Shown piece by piece: positions 8,902 through 18,964 of a DNA stretch of 20,000 nucleotides. The notes under the pieces were generated by a model, which saw only the letters and a list, made by a program, of their open reading frames with translations, had not been told where the DNA came from and ran no database searches. How positions within the stretch are numbered: the first letter of the stretch is position 1; each line of letters starts with the position of its first letter. Position numbers and translations under genes: made by a program. The stretch comes from Hydrurus foetidus (lineage: Eukaryota): the NCBI GenBank assembly GCA_900617105.1, contig UYFQ01000590.1:57210-77209 (forward strand), read 5' to 3'.

Positions 8902-11900
8902 ATGCCGTTATCCGACGACTCCTCGGAGATCTCGCCGTCGCTCGCCGAAGTAATTACTCCGACAGAACCGGCAGCGACGACGGTTGCGACAATCCAGTCG
9001 ACACCAACAGCGCCGACAGCAGTAGCGGCGTCTGATGGAACTGATCGACCGGTATTCCCAGTAACAATACTGGGACCTACCAACAGTTCCAATCAGGCGC
9101 CGCCTAATCGTCATAACGACGACGACGACGACATTCAGACAACGCGACAACATGACAATGTCACGTTGCGTTCGTCAGACGCAAATCGTCATCAGACACG
9201 CCATAACGGCAACCCTGATCGGGATGATGACGACGGCGATACTAACCCCCGCCGCCGTATGGATTCACCCCCACAACGATACCTCCGTCGTCAGGGCCTC
9301 GACAGTTACGACAACTCAACTCGTCGGAATAACCCCGTCGACGGAGATGCAACGGGCGACTACTCGCCCACTCAGAACCAACAAAGTGGTAGCGAAGACG
9401 GTGGTGACGGTAATCGTTACGATAACCGTCAACGCCACGATTCTAACCAACGTCAATACAATGACGATAATCGAAACAACAACGATTATCGACGTTCTAA
9501 TGATGACAATCAAGGTCACAACGACAATCGTCGTAACTACGATGACTCCAACCCTCCCAGGGACAACCGTAATACGGGCCCTTCATACGGTACGGAGCAC
9601 CGTAACGACGTTCGTTACGATAACGAGGGACGTCAATATAACGATGATCGCCGCAATGACAATCAACGTCAGAGCGATAATCGTCGTTATAACGACAATT
9701 ACCGTCAGAATGACGACAGCCACGACTACGACAACGATGGTCGTCGCGGCTACGACACCTCATTCAACGACGACAACAGACGTCAATACGACGATCGACG
9801 CAACAGCGACAATCGTCGCAACGACGACAACCCACGTCAGAATGACGGGCGTCGCGATCACGATCATCGCCAACAAGACGACAACCCTAACAGGGATAAT
9901 CGCAGAGACACTTTCCAACGTCACAACGATAACCCCCAAAGGGATAATCGTAATTACGAGGATTCTCGTCGTAATGACAACCCAAACAGGGGAAATTATT
10001 CGACTAACACTCGCGGTTTCGATACTTCTCGCGACGACAACAACGACAGTTTCCGTCAGGGCGACAACAACCCCAATAGGAGAAGTCGTCGAGAACCCCC
10101 ACAGGGTTACGATGACAGTCCCCCAAGGGACTATCCCCAAGGAGACAATCGTCGCCAACAGGATACCTCCAACCGGGGCAACCGTAATACTGACGGTCGT
10201 CAGTACAACGACAACCAGTACGAGGACGAACGTGCGACTCCACGGGCACCCGTACGCGTTACCGACAACTCTCGACTACTCGAGAGTCGCGATACGCGCA
10301 TCCCCGAAAATGTGGAGACAATAACCCGCACAGCGGACGTTCCTCGCAAACGCGCGTCACCTCCACAAGAGGGTCCCACATCACGCAAGCGACAAGCTTC
10401 CCCACCAGGGTCACCGGAACGGCCTACATACGTACGTACGTTCACCGGTGACACGGATTACAACCCACAACCCCAACGAGTCATCCAGGAGATCCCACGG
10501 GAAATTCGGGTTCCTAACCCACTCCCCTTGGATCCTCCCGACATCGTGATACTGCCTGCAACAGCTCGCATAATCGATTACGAGCAGCAAACAGCAGCAT
10601 TCCGAGCTGCAGGGGGCGGTCCCGACCCCAATGCAGCGCACCCGGTACGACCACCGATACCACGGTACATACACGATCGTACGTCACCGATCAACGTACC
10701 CGCGGTACAGTTTGCCACACCCAATGCGGCACCTACAGCGCTTGTAGTGGGTGGCCGTGCTGTGGACGATGGTTCCCGACCCATCTCCGCTATTGCCTTG
10801 CAAACGGTGCTTTACGTTCTCAACGTAAATGCGTCAGGCATTATTGGACAAGAGGCCGCACGGGAGTTTTTCGAACACTCCCAGAGGTGGACCAACAACT
10901 ACGATGTTGGTCAAGTCATCTCGACTAAAGCAGTCAGGTGTATCGATGATCAGATCCATACGGATCAAGATTATCCATATGCGGAAGAGACACGTAAAGT
11001 GTGGCTCCAGACGCTGACGGTCCCTCAAGTAGCACAATTAGTCCTGCGCTACTTTCGCGCGGACACACAGCTGGGGCAGTCACTAGCTGAGCATTTCTCA
11101 GAAGTCCATCTCGCCTTTTGTTACAACAAAAGGGAGATTGAGATGCGCTGCATGACTCAGTTTCGTGAGGTGGTGGAGAACCATGTACAAGTACATGGCC
11201 CACTCAGCACCTCCGACCATGCTGCACTCACTCTCATCCTCGAGAAAAAGATGCCTCTTAACGGTGCCATCACCGCAAAATACAAAGAGCATAAACGCGT
11301 CAACCCGCATGACGTGGATGATTGGGAATTCGCGATGCGTCGCTTCTTCTCCCAAGTCAATGCGGTACGCCAACTTCAGCTACACGTAGCGGCTTTTGGG
11401 GACCCCAACGACATTTATTGTCACCCCGCTACCCAAAATCCATACGGGTTGTCTCTCACGACGAACCCCAAAACCCTGTTGGTTGGTGCGGCACTCCCAG
11501 CATTACCACCGCTGGCACTGCCAACAACACCACTCCGACAGTGTAACTCGTGTGGACACAGCGATCATCTGCTGAAAAACTGCCCACACATGTGGATGGT
11601 GGATTCAAACACCAACCACAATGTTCCGTGGGACCACTCCAACATGGGTCGCACGTGGGCACAATACGGTCATGCGACCTACCCTATCAATGATCGCATC
11701 CCTGGTCTGGGTCGTTTCAAAATCCACATACCCCGTCGTGAAACAAATTTCACTGATGAGGTACTGAATAAAACTCAGCCTCCAGGGGGTGGTCAGAAGA
11801 AAAAATACCAAGGGAACCCCAATCATGGGGGGAACTATAATCGAGGTCCCACCAACAAACCGCGATACGGTTCTGGGGGACAAAACACCACGTTGGCTAA

Positions 11901-12186
11901 CAACACCTCCATCAACGCAACCCACAGTGGTCTACCGCCCGCAGCCGCATATGATGGTACGTTACCTCATGTTACGGTGGTGGAGTCATTGGTAGTGGCG
12001 ATACATGCTGCTAGCACATGTAACCCTACCGATACACCACCACCTTTATGTATACTCAACTCTGATATACTCGTAACTAATACATTGGAGGTCTCAACCC
12101 CTCCAATATTATATCGGATAACACTAACAATGTTCTTCCCACATGTCTTCACGTGTTACAGCCACTCCATACCTCCCTGCCTCTAA
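8902..12186 (+). CDS. gag: Gag polyprotein (~1094 aa from the first ATG) with long D/N/R-rich low-complexity region and CCHC zinc knuckle
   Basis: Uninterrupted ORF between the 5' LTR and pol, with CNSCGHSDHLLKNC (Cx2Cx4Hx4C) at 11542-11583. The ORF track start at 8842 is TTG; the first ATG is at 8902. Confidence 0.88.
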   Translation: MPLSDDSSEISPSLAEVITPTEPAATTVATIQSTPTAPTAVAASDGTDRPVFPVTILGPTNSSNQAPPNRHNDDDDDIQTTRQHDNVTLRSSDANRHQTRHNGNPDRDDDDGDTNPRRRMDSPPQRYLRRQGLDSYDNSTRRNNPVDGDATGDYSPTQNQQSGSEDGGDGNRYDNRQRHDSNQRQYNDDNRNNNDYRRSNDDNQGHNDNRRNYDDSNPPRDNRNTGPSYGTEHRNDVRYDNEGRQYNDDRRNDNQRQSDNRRYNDNYRQNDDSHDYDNDGRRGYDTSFNDDNRRQYDDRRNSDNRRNDDNPRQNDGRRDHDHRQQDDNPNRDNRRDTFQRHNDNPQRDNRNYEDSRRNDNPNRGNYSTNTRGFDTSRDDNNDSFRQGDNNPNRRSRREPPQGYDDSPPRDYPQGDNRRQQDTSNRGNRNTDGRQYNDNQYEDERATPRAPVRVTDNSRLLESRDTRIPENVETITRTADVPRKRASPPQEGPTSRKRQASPPGSPERPTYVRTFTGDTDYNPQPQRVIQEIPREIRVPNPLPLDPPDIVILPATARIIDYEQQTAAFRAAGGGPDPNAAHPVRPPIPRYIHDRTSPINVPAVQFATPNAAPTALVVGGRAVDDGSRPISAIALQTVLYVLNVNASGIIGQEAAREFFEHSQRWTNNYDVGQVISTKAVRCIDDQIHTDQDYPYAEETRKVWLQTLTVPQVAQLVLRYFRADTQLGQSLAEHFSEVHLAFCYNKREIEMRCMTQFREVVENHVQVHGPLSTSDHAALTLILEKKMPLNGAITAKYKEHKRVNPHDVDDWEFAMRRFFSQVNAVRQLQLHVAAFGDPNDIYCHPATQNPYGLSLTTNPKTLLVGAALPALPPLALPTTPLRQCNSCGHSDHLLKNCPHMWMVDSNTNHNVPWDHSNMGRTWAQYGHATYPINDRIPGLGRFKIHIPRRETNFTDEVLNKTQPPGGGQKKKYQGNPNHGGNYNRGPTNKPRYGSGGQNTTLANNTSINATHSGLPPAAAYDGTLPHVTVVESLVVAIHAASTCNPTDTPPPLCILNSDILVTNTLEVSTPPILYRITLTMFFPHVFTCYSHSIPPCL

Positions 12187-14410
12187 TCTCGGAGGTGCTG
12201 GCGGCATGCCATAACCAGACCGACATGTCGGAAATACCGCTCATAGGTACGTTACCGTCTGACTCACTTGTAGCAGCGGTACACTCAACAAATCCTAATG
12301 AACTTCTTTCATTATTGGTGTTCAAGGATGAACGAAGAACCTTGCAGGGACACGCCCCCACCACAGCCGCGTCAGCACCCCAGTCCACGGGACTTAGTCT
12401 TACAGCGCACGCGCTCCTAGACACGGGTAGCATGGCCGGCGATTTTGTTTCCAAATCACTGCTTGTCTCACTTGATGCACTTGCTCATTGTTATGTGTCT
12501 TCAACCGCACTTAACGTTTGTAGCGGTCTTGATGGCACTTGTTATAGGTGTAATACCTTAGTCGATTTAGGCCTTACTTTTTTCGATGATAGTAATATTA
12601 AGCACACTATCTATATCACTTTTAGTGTTAATCCTTTTGCACAATTGGATCTGATCATCGGACGCAAGTCCCTGAATCAACACAACTTGTTTGTGCTGAC
12701 GCCGAAACGTATGGGCTTTGACCCTACGTTAATCGAAACGTCACCCAGCCCAGATGACATCGGTCTACTTCCCTTAAGGGCAGAGTCCGACATCGGTACA
12801 GATTCACATACCGACGTCTGTTGTCATCATAGTGACGCTGTCGGATCGCGTAGTCCTTGTACACAGTGTCGCCTAATTACCGACACTGCTGACAATGGAG
12901 ACGAAGGTCACTCGAGCACCCACCGTATTCCAACAGTGGGAGAAGAGTGGGGTCCATCTGCGCTATGGACGGGCAGTGGTCTTAACCGCCCCCTTCTGAG
13001 ACCGGGACGAGAGTGAACACAGTAACACTTAACGCCGCGAGCGTGTTGCCGTGCGGAATCAATCTCAATGGAGATGAGATTGATGATGACAAAACGGATG
13101 CGTTCGGTCCGTTTCTTTCTGCATTGATGAAAGACCCTACCCCAACAGGTAGGGCGAACGACGTCATCTCGACAATCACCTTTGGTGGGTCGGAAGCTCT
13201 GCAAACAGCATGCAGAGCATTATGTACCGAATTTATTGACATCTTTCAAGATGAGGTGGCCCGTGAACCGGCCCGAATACCTCCTTTTGATATTGATCAT
13301 AAGGCGGCACAATGGGAAGTACCTGGTAACAGGACCCCGCTCCGCCCCCAATCCTCACAGAAGGAGGAGGCGATTCACAATAACCTTCAGGATCTGATAC
13401 GGATCGGGGTGGTTGAGAAGTCTAATGCGGTATACTACAGTCACCCTGTAGTAGTACAGAAGTCACCCGGACAATACCGTGTATGTATTGACTTCCGGCC
13501 ACTTAATAACTGTACGGAGTCGGCCAGTTGGCCACTCCCCAACATTCCAGCAATGTTTGAACGCATTGGCGCTCGTCAACCTGACATCTTTGGGGTTATG
13601 GACTTAACGTCCGGCTACCATCAAGCACCCCTTACGGCATCAGCCAAAATCCTGACTGCATTCATATGCTTCTCTGGAATTTATCAATTCACTCGATTGC
13701 CTTTCGGCCTCAAACGTGCCCCATCATACTTCCAGGAGATGATGGCCACGGTTGTCCTTGCGGGCCTTTTATATGTAACATGTGAGATGTATCTCGATGA
13801 TTGCATTGTATTTGGTAATGGGCCTGACGAGTTTCTGCAGAGACTTCGTGATGTCTTCATCCGTTTTCGAGAAAAGAATTTATTCTTGAAAGCTAAGAAT
13901 GTAAGTTCGGAGTTACACGCCTCGAATACGTCGGACGTGTGATCTCCAAAGAGGGGTTATCTATGTCGGCTGAGAAAATAAAATCGTTTTAGATTTTCCT
14001 CGCCCTAAAACCGTTACTGCCCTTAGGGGATTTCTCGGTTTGGCGAACTATTTTAGAGGTTTCGCTACCAACCACTCCAACATAGTAGCACCGTTACATA
14101 AAATGACGGTGTCTACAACTCATAAACATTCCAGAGTAACTTGGAATGCTGAAACCATTAAAGCGTTTCAAGACATTAGGCAGGCGATCTCTCAATGCCC
14201 CTGATGCACTTCATTGATAATGTATCACCAATACATTTATACACCGACGCATCTGATTATGTATACTGTTCCAAAAGTGGAGATAAATGAAACCCATTTC
14301 ATTTGTGAGGTCACTCACCTTCTCACAGTTGAATGGTCAACAATCCGATAACTTATGCTATCTACTTGTGTTCAAAACTTGATCCACTATTACGTGATCC
14401 ATTTACGATT
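12081..14410 (+). pseudogene. pol: pol copy 1: aspartic protease, RT, partial RNase H; frameshifted and truncated
   Basis: ALLDTGS (D at 12420), MDLTSGYHQ, LPFGLKRAPSYFQ, YLDD (13790-13801). C5 at 12989-12993 is C6 in copy 2. Deletions become increasingly dense from ~13900 to 14410. The pol frame is open from 12081. Confidence 0.93.
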
Positions 14411-16643
14411 CCCAGCCTCTAATCTCGGACGTGCTGGCGGCCTGCCATAACTCAGACCGACATGTCGGAAATACAAGCTCATAGGTACGTTACCGTCTGA
14501 CTCACTTGTAGCAGCGGTACACTCAACACATCCTAATGAACTTCTTTCATTATTGGTGTTCAAGGATGAACGAAGAACCTTGCAGGGACACGCCCCCACC
14601 ACAGCCGCGTCAGCACCCCAGTCCACGGGACGTAGTCTTACAGCGCACGCGCTCCTAGACACGGGTAGCATGGCCGGCGATTTTGTTTCCAAATCACTGC
14701 TTGTCTCACTTGATGCACTTGCTCATTGTTATGTGTCTTCAACCGCACTTAACGTTTGTAGCGGTCTTGATGGCACTTGTTATAGGTGTAATACCTTAGT
14801 CGATTTAGGCCTTACTTTTTTCGATGATAGTAATATTAAGCACACTATCTATATCACTTTTAGTGTTAATCCTTTTGCACAATTGGATCTGATCATCGGA
14901 CGCAAGTCCCTGAATCAACACAACTTGTTTGTGCTGACGCCGAAACGTATGGGCTTTGACCCTACGTTAATCGAAACGTCACCCAGCCCAGATGACATCG
15001 GTCTACTTCCCTTAAGGGCAGAGTCCGACATCGGTACAGATTCACATACCGACGTCTGTTGTCATCATAGTGACGCTGTCGGATCGCGTAGTCCTTGTAC
15101 ACAGTGTCGCCTAATTACCGACACTGCTGACAATGGAGACGAAGGTCACTCGAGCACCCACCGTATTCCAACAGTGGGAGAAGAGTGGGGTCCATCTGCG
15201 CTATGGACGGGCAGTGGTCTTAACCGCCCCCCTTCTGAGACCGGGACGAGAGTGAACACAGTAACACTTAACGCCGCGAGCGTGTTGCCGTGCGGAATCA
15301 ATCTCAATGGAGATGAGATTGATGATGACAAAACGGATGCGTTCGGTCCGTTTCTTTCTGCATTGATGAAAGACCCTACCCCAACAGGTAGGGCGAACGA
15401 CGTCATCTCGACAATCACCTTTGGTGGGTCGGAAGCTCTGCAAACAGCATGCAGAGCATTATGTACCGAATTTATTGACATCTTTCAAGATGAGGTGGCC
15501 CGTGAACCGGCCCGAATACCTCCTTTTGATATTGATCATAAGGCGGCACAATGGGAAGTACCTGGTAACAGGACCCCGCTCCGCCCCCAATCCTCACAGA
15601 AGGAGGAGGCGATTCACAATAACCTTCAGGATCTGATACGGATCGGGGTGGTTGAGAAGTCTAATGCGGTATACTACAGTCACCCTGTAGTAGTACAGAA
15701 GTCACCCGGACAATACCGTGTATGTATTGACTTCCGGCCACTTAATAACTGTACGGAGTCGGCCAGTTGGCCACTCCCCAACATTCCAGCAATGTTTGAA
15801 CGCATTGGCGCTCGTCAACCTATCAAGCACCCCTTACGGCATCAGCCAAAATCCTGACTGCATTCATATGCTTCTCTGGAATTTATCAATTCACTCGATT
15901 GCCTTTCGGCCTCAAACGTGCCCCATCATACTTCCAGGAGATGATGGCCACGGTTGTCCTTGCGGGCCTTTTATATGTAACATGTGAGATGTATCTCGAT
16001 GATTGCATTGTATTTGGTAATGGGCCTGACGAGTTTCTGCAGAGACTTCGTGATGTCTTCATCCGTTTTCGAGAAAAGAATTTATTCTTGAAAGCTAAGA
16101 AGTGTAAGTTCGGAGTTACACGCCTCGAATACGTCGGACGTGTGATCTCCAAAGAGGGGTTATCTATGTCGGCTGAGAAAATAAAATCTGTTTTAGATTT
16201 TCCTCGCCCTAAAACCGTTACTGCCCTTAGGGGATTTCTCGGTTTGGCGAACTATTTTAGAGGTTTCGTACCAAACCACTCCAACATAGTAGCACCGTTA
16301 CATAAAATGACGGTGTCTACAACTCATAAACATTCCAGAGTAACTTGGAATGCTGAAACCATTAAAGCGTTTCAAGACATTAGGCAGGCAATCTCTCAAT
16401 GCCCCCTGATGCACTTCATTGATAATGTATCACCAATACATTTATACACCGACGCATCGGATTATGGTGTAGGTGGTGTATTGTTCCAAAAAGTTGGAGA
16501 TGAAATGAAACCCATTTCATTTGTGAGTAAGTCACTCACCTTCTCACAGTTGAACTGGTCAACAATCCAGAAAGAAGCTTATGCTATCTACTTGTGTTGT
16601 ACAAAACTTGATCCACTATTACGTGATCGCAAGTTTACGATTC
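12174..16643 (+). repeat. ~2.24-kb tandem duplication of PR-RT-RNaseH (about 12174-14410 / 14411-16643)
   Basis: At ~14410 the sequence jumps from RNase H (tttacgattc) back to the equivalent of 12175 (ccc.gcctctaatctcgga). The copies are near-identical away from the junction. Confidence 0.95.
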
Positions 16644-18183
16644 ACACAGATCATAAAAATCTGACGTACATGAAATCCTCCCCTAACTCGATGGTAGGGA
16701 GATGGTCCATGGCTCTACAAGAGCTCGATTACACAATCGCATACGTGCGAGGGTCTGAGAACACGGTAGCGGACGCTATGTCTCGCCTCTGTGCTAATCT
16801 CTCGGACCTTGTCATCAAGGTTCAACCAGCCACCACTGGCACAGAACCAGATAACTTGCCGGGCCCGTTTTGCGGCGCCCTCAAGGTCATACCAGAAATG
16901 ACTGATACGCAGCGCGACGCACTCAACATGTGCCACAACAAGTTTGTCGGACACGGAGGCGTTAAACGCACCGTAGAAAAGCTGAAAGCTTACCCATTGA
17001 GTGGGAACACATGGTTCAGCACACCCACTTGTTTATACAACAATGTGCGTGCTGCCAGAAGATGAACGCTACACGCGTACCGATACGTGTACACAAGTAC
17101 GTTACTTCTGCGTACAAACCTTTCCATGTATTGAACATCGATTTCATCGGACCCTTCCCCGATGCCTCACACGTTCTTGTCATCATCTGTGCTTTCACAC
17201 GATGGACAGAACTCTTTTGGTGTGCGGATAATACGGCCAAATCGGCTACCGATTGCCTTCTCCAACACTTTGGAAGATACGGTGCACCCCAAATGATCAG
17301 ATCTGATCGGGGTTCACATTTTGCTAATGAATTGATCAAACAATTCCTAGTGTCAACGGGTACACCCCACAACCTGACACTAGCATACTCTAAACAAGAG
17401 AATGCTATAGTTGAACGAGTTAATAAAGAAATTAACCGGTACTTACGTTCGTTCCTGTATGATACAAACGACGTGTACCAGTACAAAAACTGCTTACCGT
17501 TTATACAGCGCATTTTGAATTCTTCAATTCACAGCAGTACCAATGCCTCCCCAGCAAGTTTATTGTTTGGTAACCAAATCAATCTTGATTCGGGAATACT
17601 TTCACCATTCCCACAATTACCGGAAGTGGAAACTTCCGCATCGAAAGTGGTCTGTGAGATGTATCACATCCAGGATACCCTGATTGCCCAAGCACAAACT
17701 GCTTTGCGCACAATGGACGCGGCTCATGTTGCCACAAGTCCACAGGATATAACGGTTTTTCCCGTCGGTTCATATGTGTTGGCTAGATACACCACACAAC
17801 CGCCCACACGTTTACACACGTTGTGGCGGGGACCGTTTCAAGTGATATCGATTCACAACTCTGATTATACGTTGTTAGATATAACTACGAAGAAACATAA
17901 ACATCTTCATATTAGTAATCTTAAACAATTTGTTTTCAATCCGAAACATACGGATCCTGCTGATGTAGCACGCCGCGATTATATGGAATTCTTTATTGAT
18001 TCCATTCTTCAGCACCAAGGCAATTCCAGACGCAAAACCCAAATGCGGTTTTTAGTCAAATGGACTGACTTTGATGACTCACACAATACGTGGGAGTCGT
18101 GGAAGAATCTTCGTCTTACAGACGCTCTTCACACATATTTACGCCTTCACGGCATGTCGAAAATAATTCCGACAGAAAAGTAA
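14411..18183 (+). pseudogene. pol: pol copy 2: protease, RT, RNase H, integrase, chromodomain; two frame breaks
   Basis: LLDTGS; YLDD (15992-16003); RNase H YTDASDYG/TDHKNL/ADAMSR; integrase HHCC, NIDFIGP, IRSDRG, IVERVN; WRGPF; chromodomain EFFIDSILQH...FLVKWTDF...NTWE (~17986-18150). There is a 37-nt deletion after 15821 and a probable missing A at 16985-16987. Confidence 0.95.
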
Positions 18184-18502
18184 GTTCCCAAGGAACGACC
18201 TACACATTATCTTTTGAAGATTCCTCCTCATTTTTACAACTTTAAGTTGCTTTTCAGGAGGTTTAGTCAGTAAAAATCTGACATAAATGTGTAGGGGAAC
18301 ACTTAGATACAACACATCTAGGCACTCTCGTTTCTCACTTCCCCATCTCTCACATGTACAAATATCTGTATACTTCGTACGTATTTATTACTGAATTTTT
18401 GTATTTTATTTTATTTTTTATTACTATCTTTTTCTGCATTTTGCTTTCTCAAGCTGGAGTCGTATTTGTTTTGTAACACATTGTAGCTAGAGACACACCA
18501 AT

Positions 18503-18557
18503 AGAGAGAGAGGGAGAGGGAGAGAGAGATGAGAAAACGAGAGATAAGTAGGGGTAG
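18503..18557 (+). promoter_or_regulatory. Extended GA-rich tract ending in the PPT
   Basis: agagagagagggagaggg...gagataagtaggggtag lies directly before the 3' LTR TG. Confidence 0.9.
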
Positions 18558-18765
18558 TGTGGCTCCCTCAGGGTTTGCTACCCCATTCAGCCGATTAGAT
18601 GCTGTTTCCACCTTAGTACCTTCGTGTTCACAGCCACGACTATCAGTCACTAGCTAGTTTGTGCTGCTTTGCAGAAGTTACTAGCGTACCTTCTGTTTGC
18701 ATCTCTAACTAACAAGCTCCTTTTAGCCTTTAGACTTCCCTTCTTTCTAACCCTCAAAGGTCACA
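18558..18765 (+). repeat. 3' LTR (208 bp)
   Basis: TGTGG...TCACA; 4 substitutions relative to the 5' LTR. Confidence 0.97.
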
Positions 18766-18964
18766 ACTTCACAGCTTCGTCTACTCGATAGCTCACTGAA
18801 TTGAGACAGTAGCCTGCAGCTGCTTCTCCACCTTCGCTGCGAACGCTAGAAGGTGACATCTTGTATTTAGTCTTACATCGTAGCGATTGTTTATAGTGAT
18901 TAAACGATTGCCGTGGATTCCAGGATTCTGAATTCCCTTCCTAAACTTTCAGAACCCTGCAATC

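Larger units (their letters stand above)
7954..18765 (+). mobile_element. Ty3/Gypsy LTR retrotransposon with integrase chromodomain (chromovirus-like), with internal duplication
   Basis: Paired 208-bp LTRs, gag with CCHC knuckle, domain order PR-RT-RNaseH-IN-GPY/F-chromo, and a PPT before the 3' LTR. Confidence 0.97.

Noticed and set aside
9152..10324. 390-aa Thr-rich (mucin-like) overlapping ORF and the antisense Val-rich ORFs
   Set aside because: Shadow of the GAC/AAC-rich Gag region. Stops in this frame need xTA/xTG codons in Gag, which are nearly absent from a hydrophilic tract.
18411..18650. Antisense ORFs sharing MTDSRGCEHEGTKV (also 7798..8046)
   Set aside because: The shared part is simply the two LTRs read in reverse.
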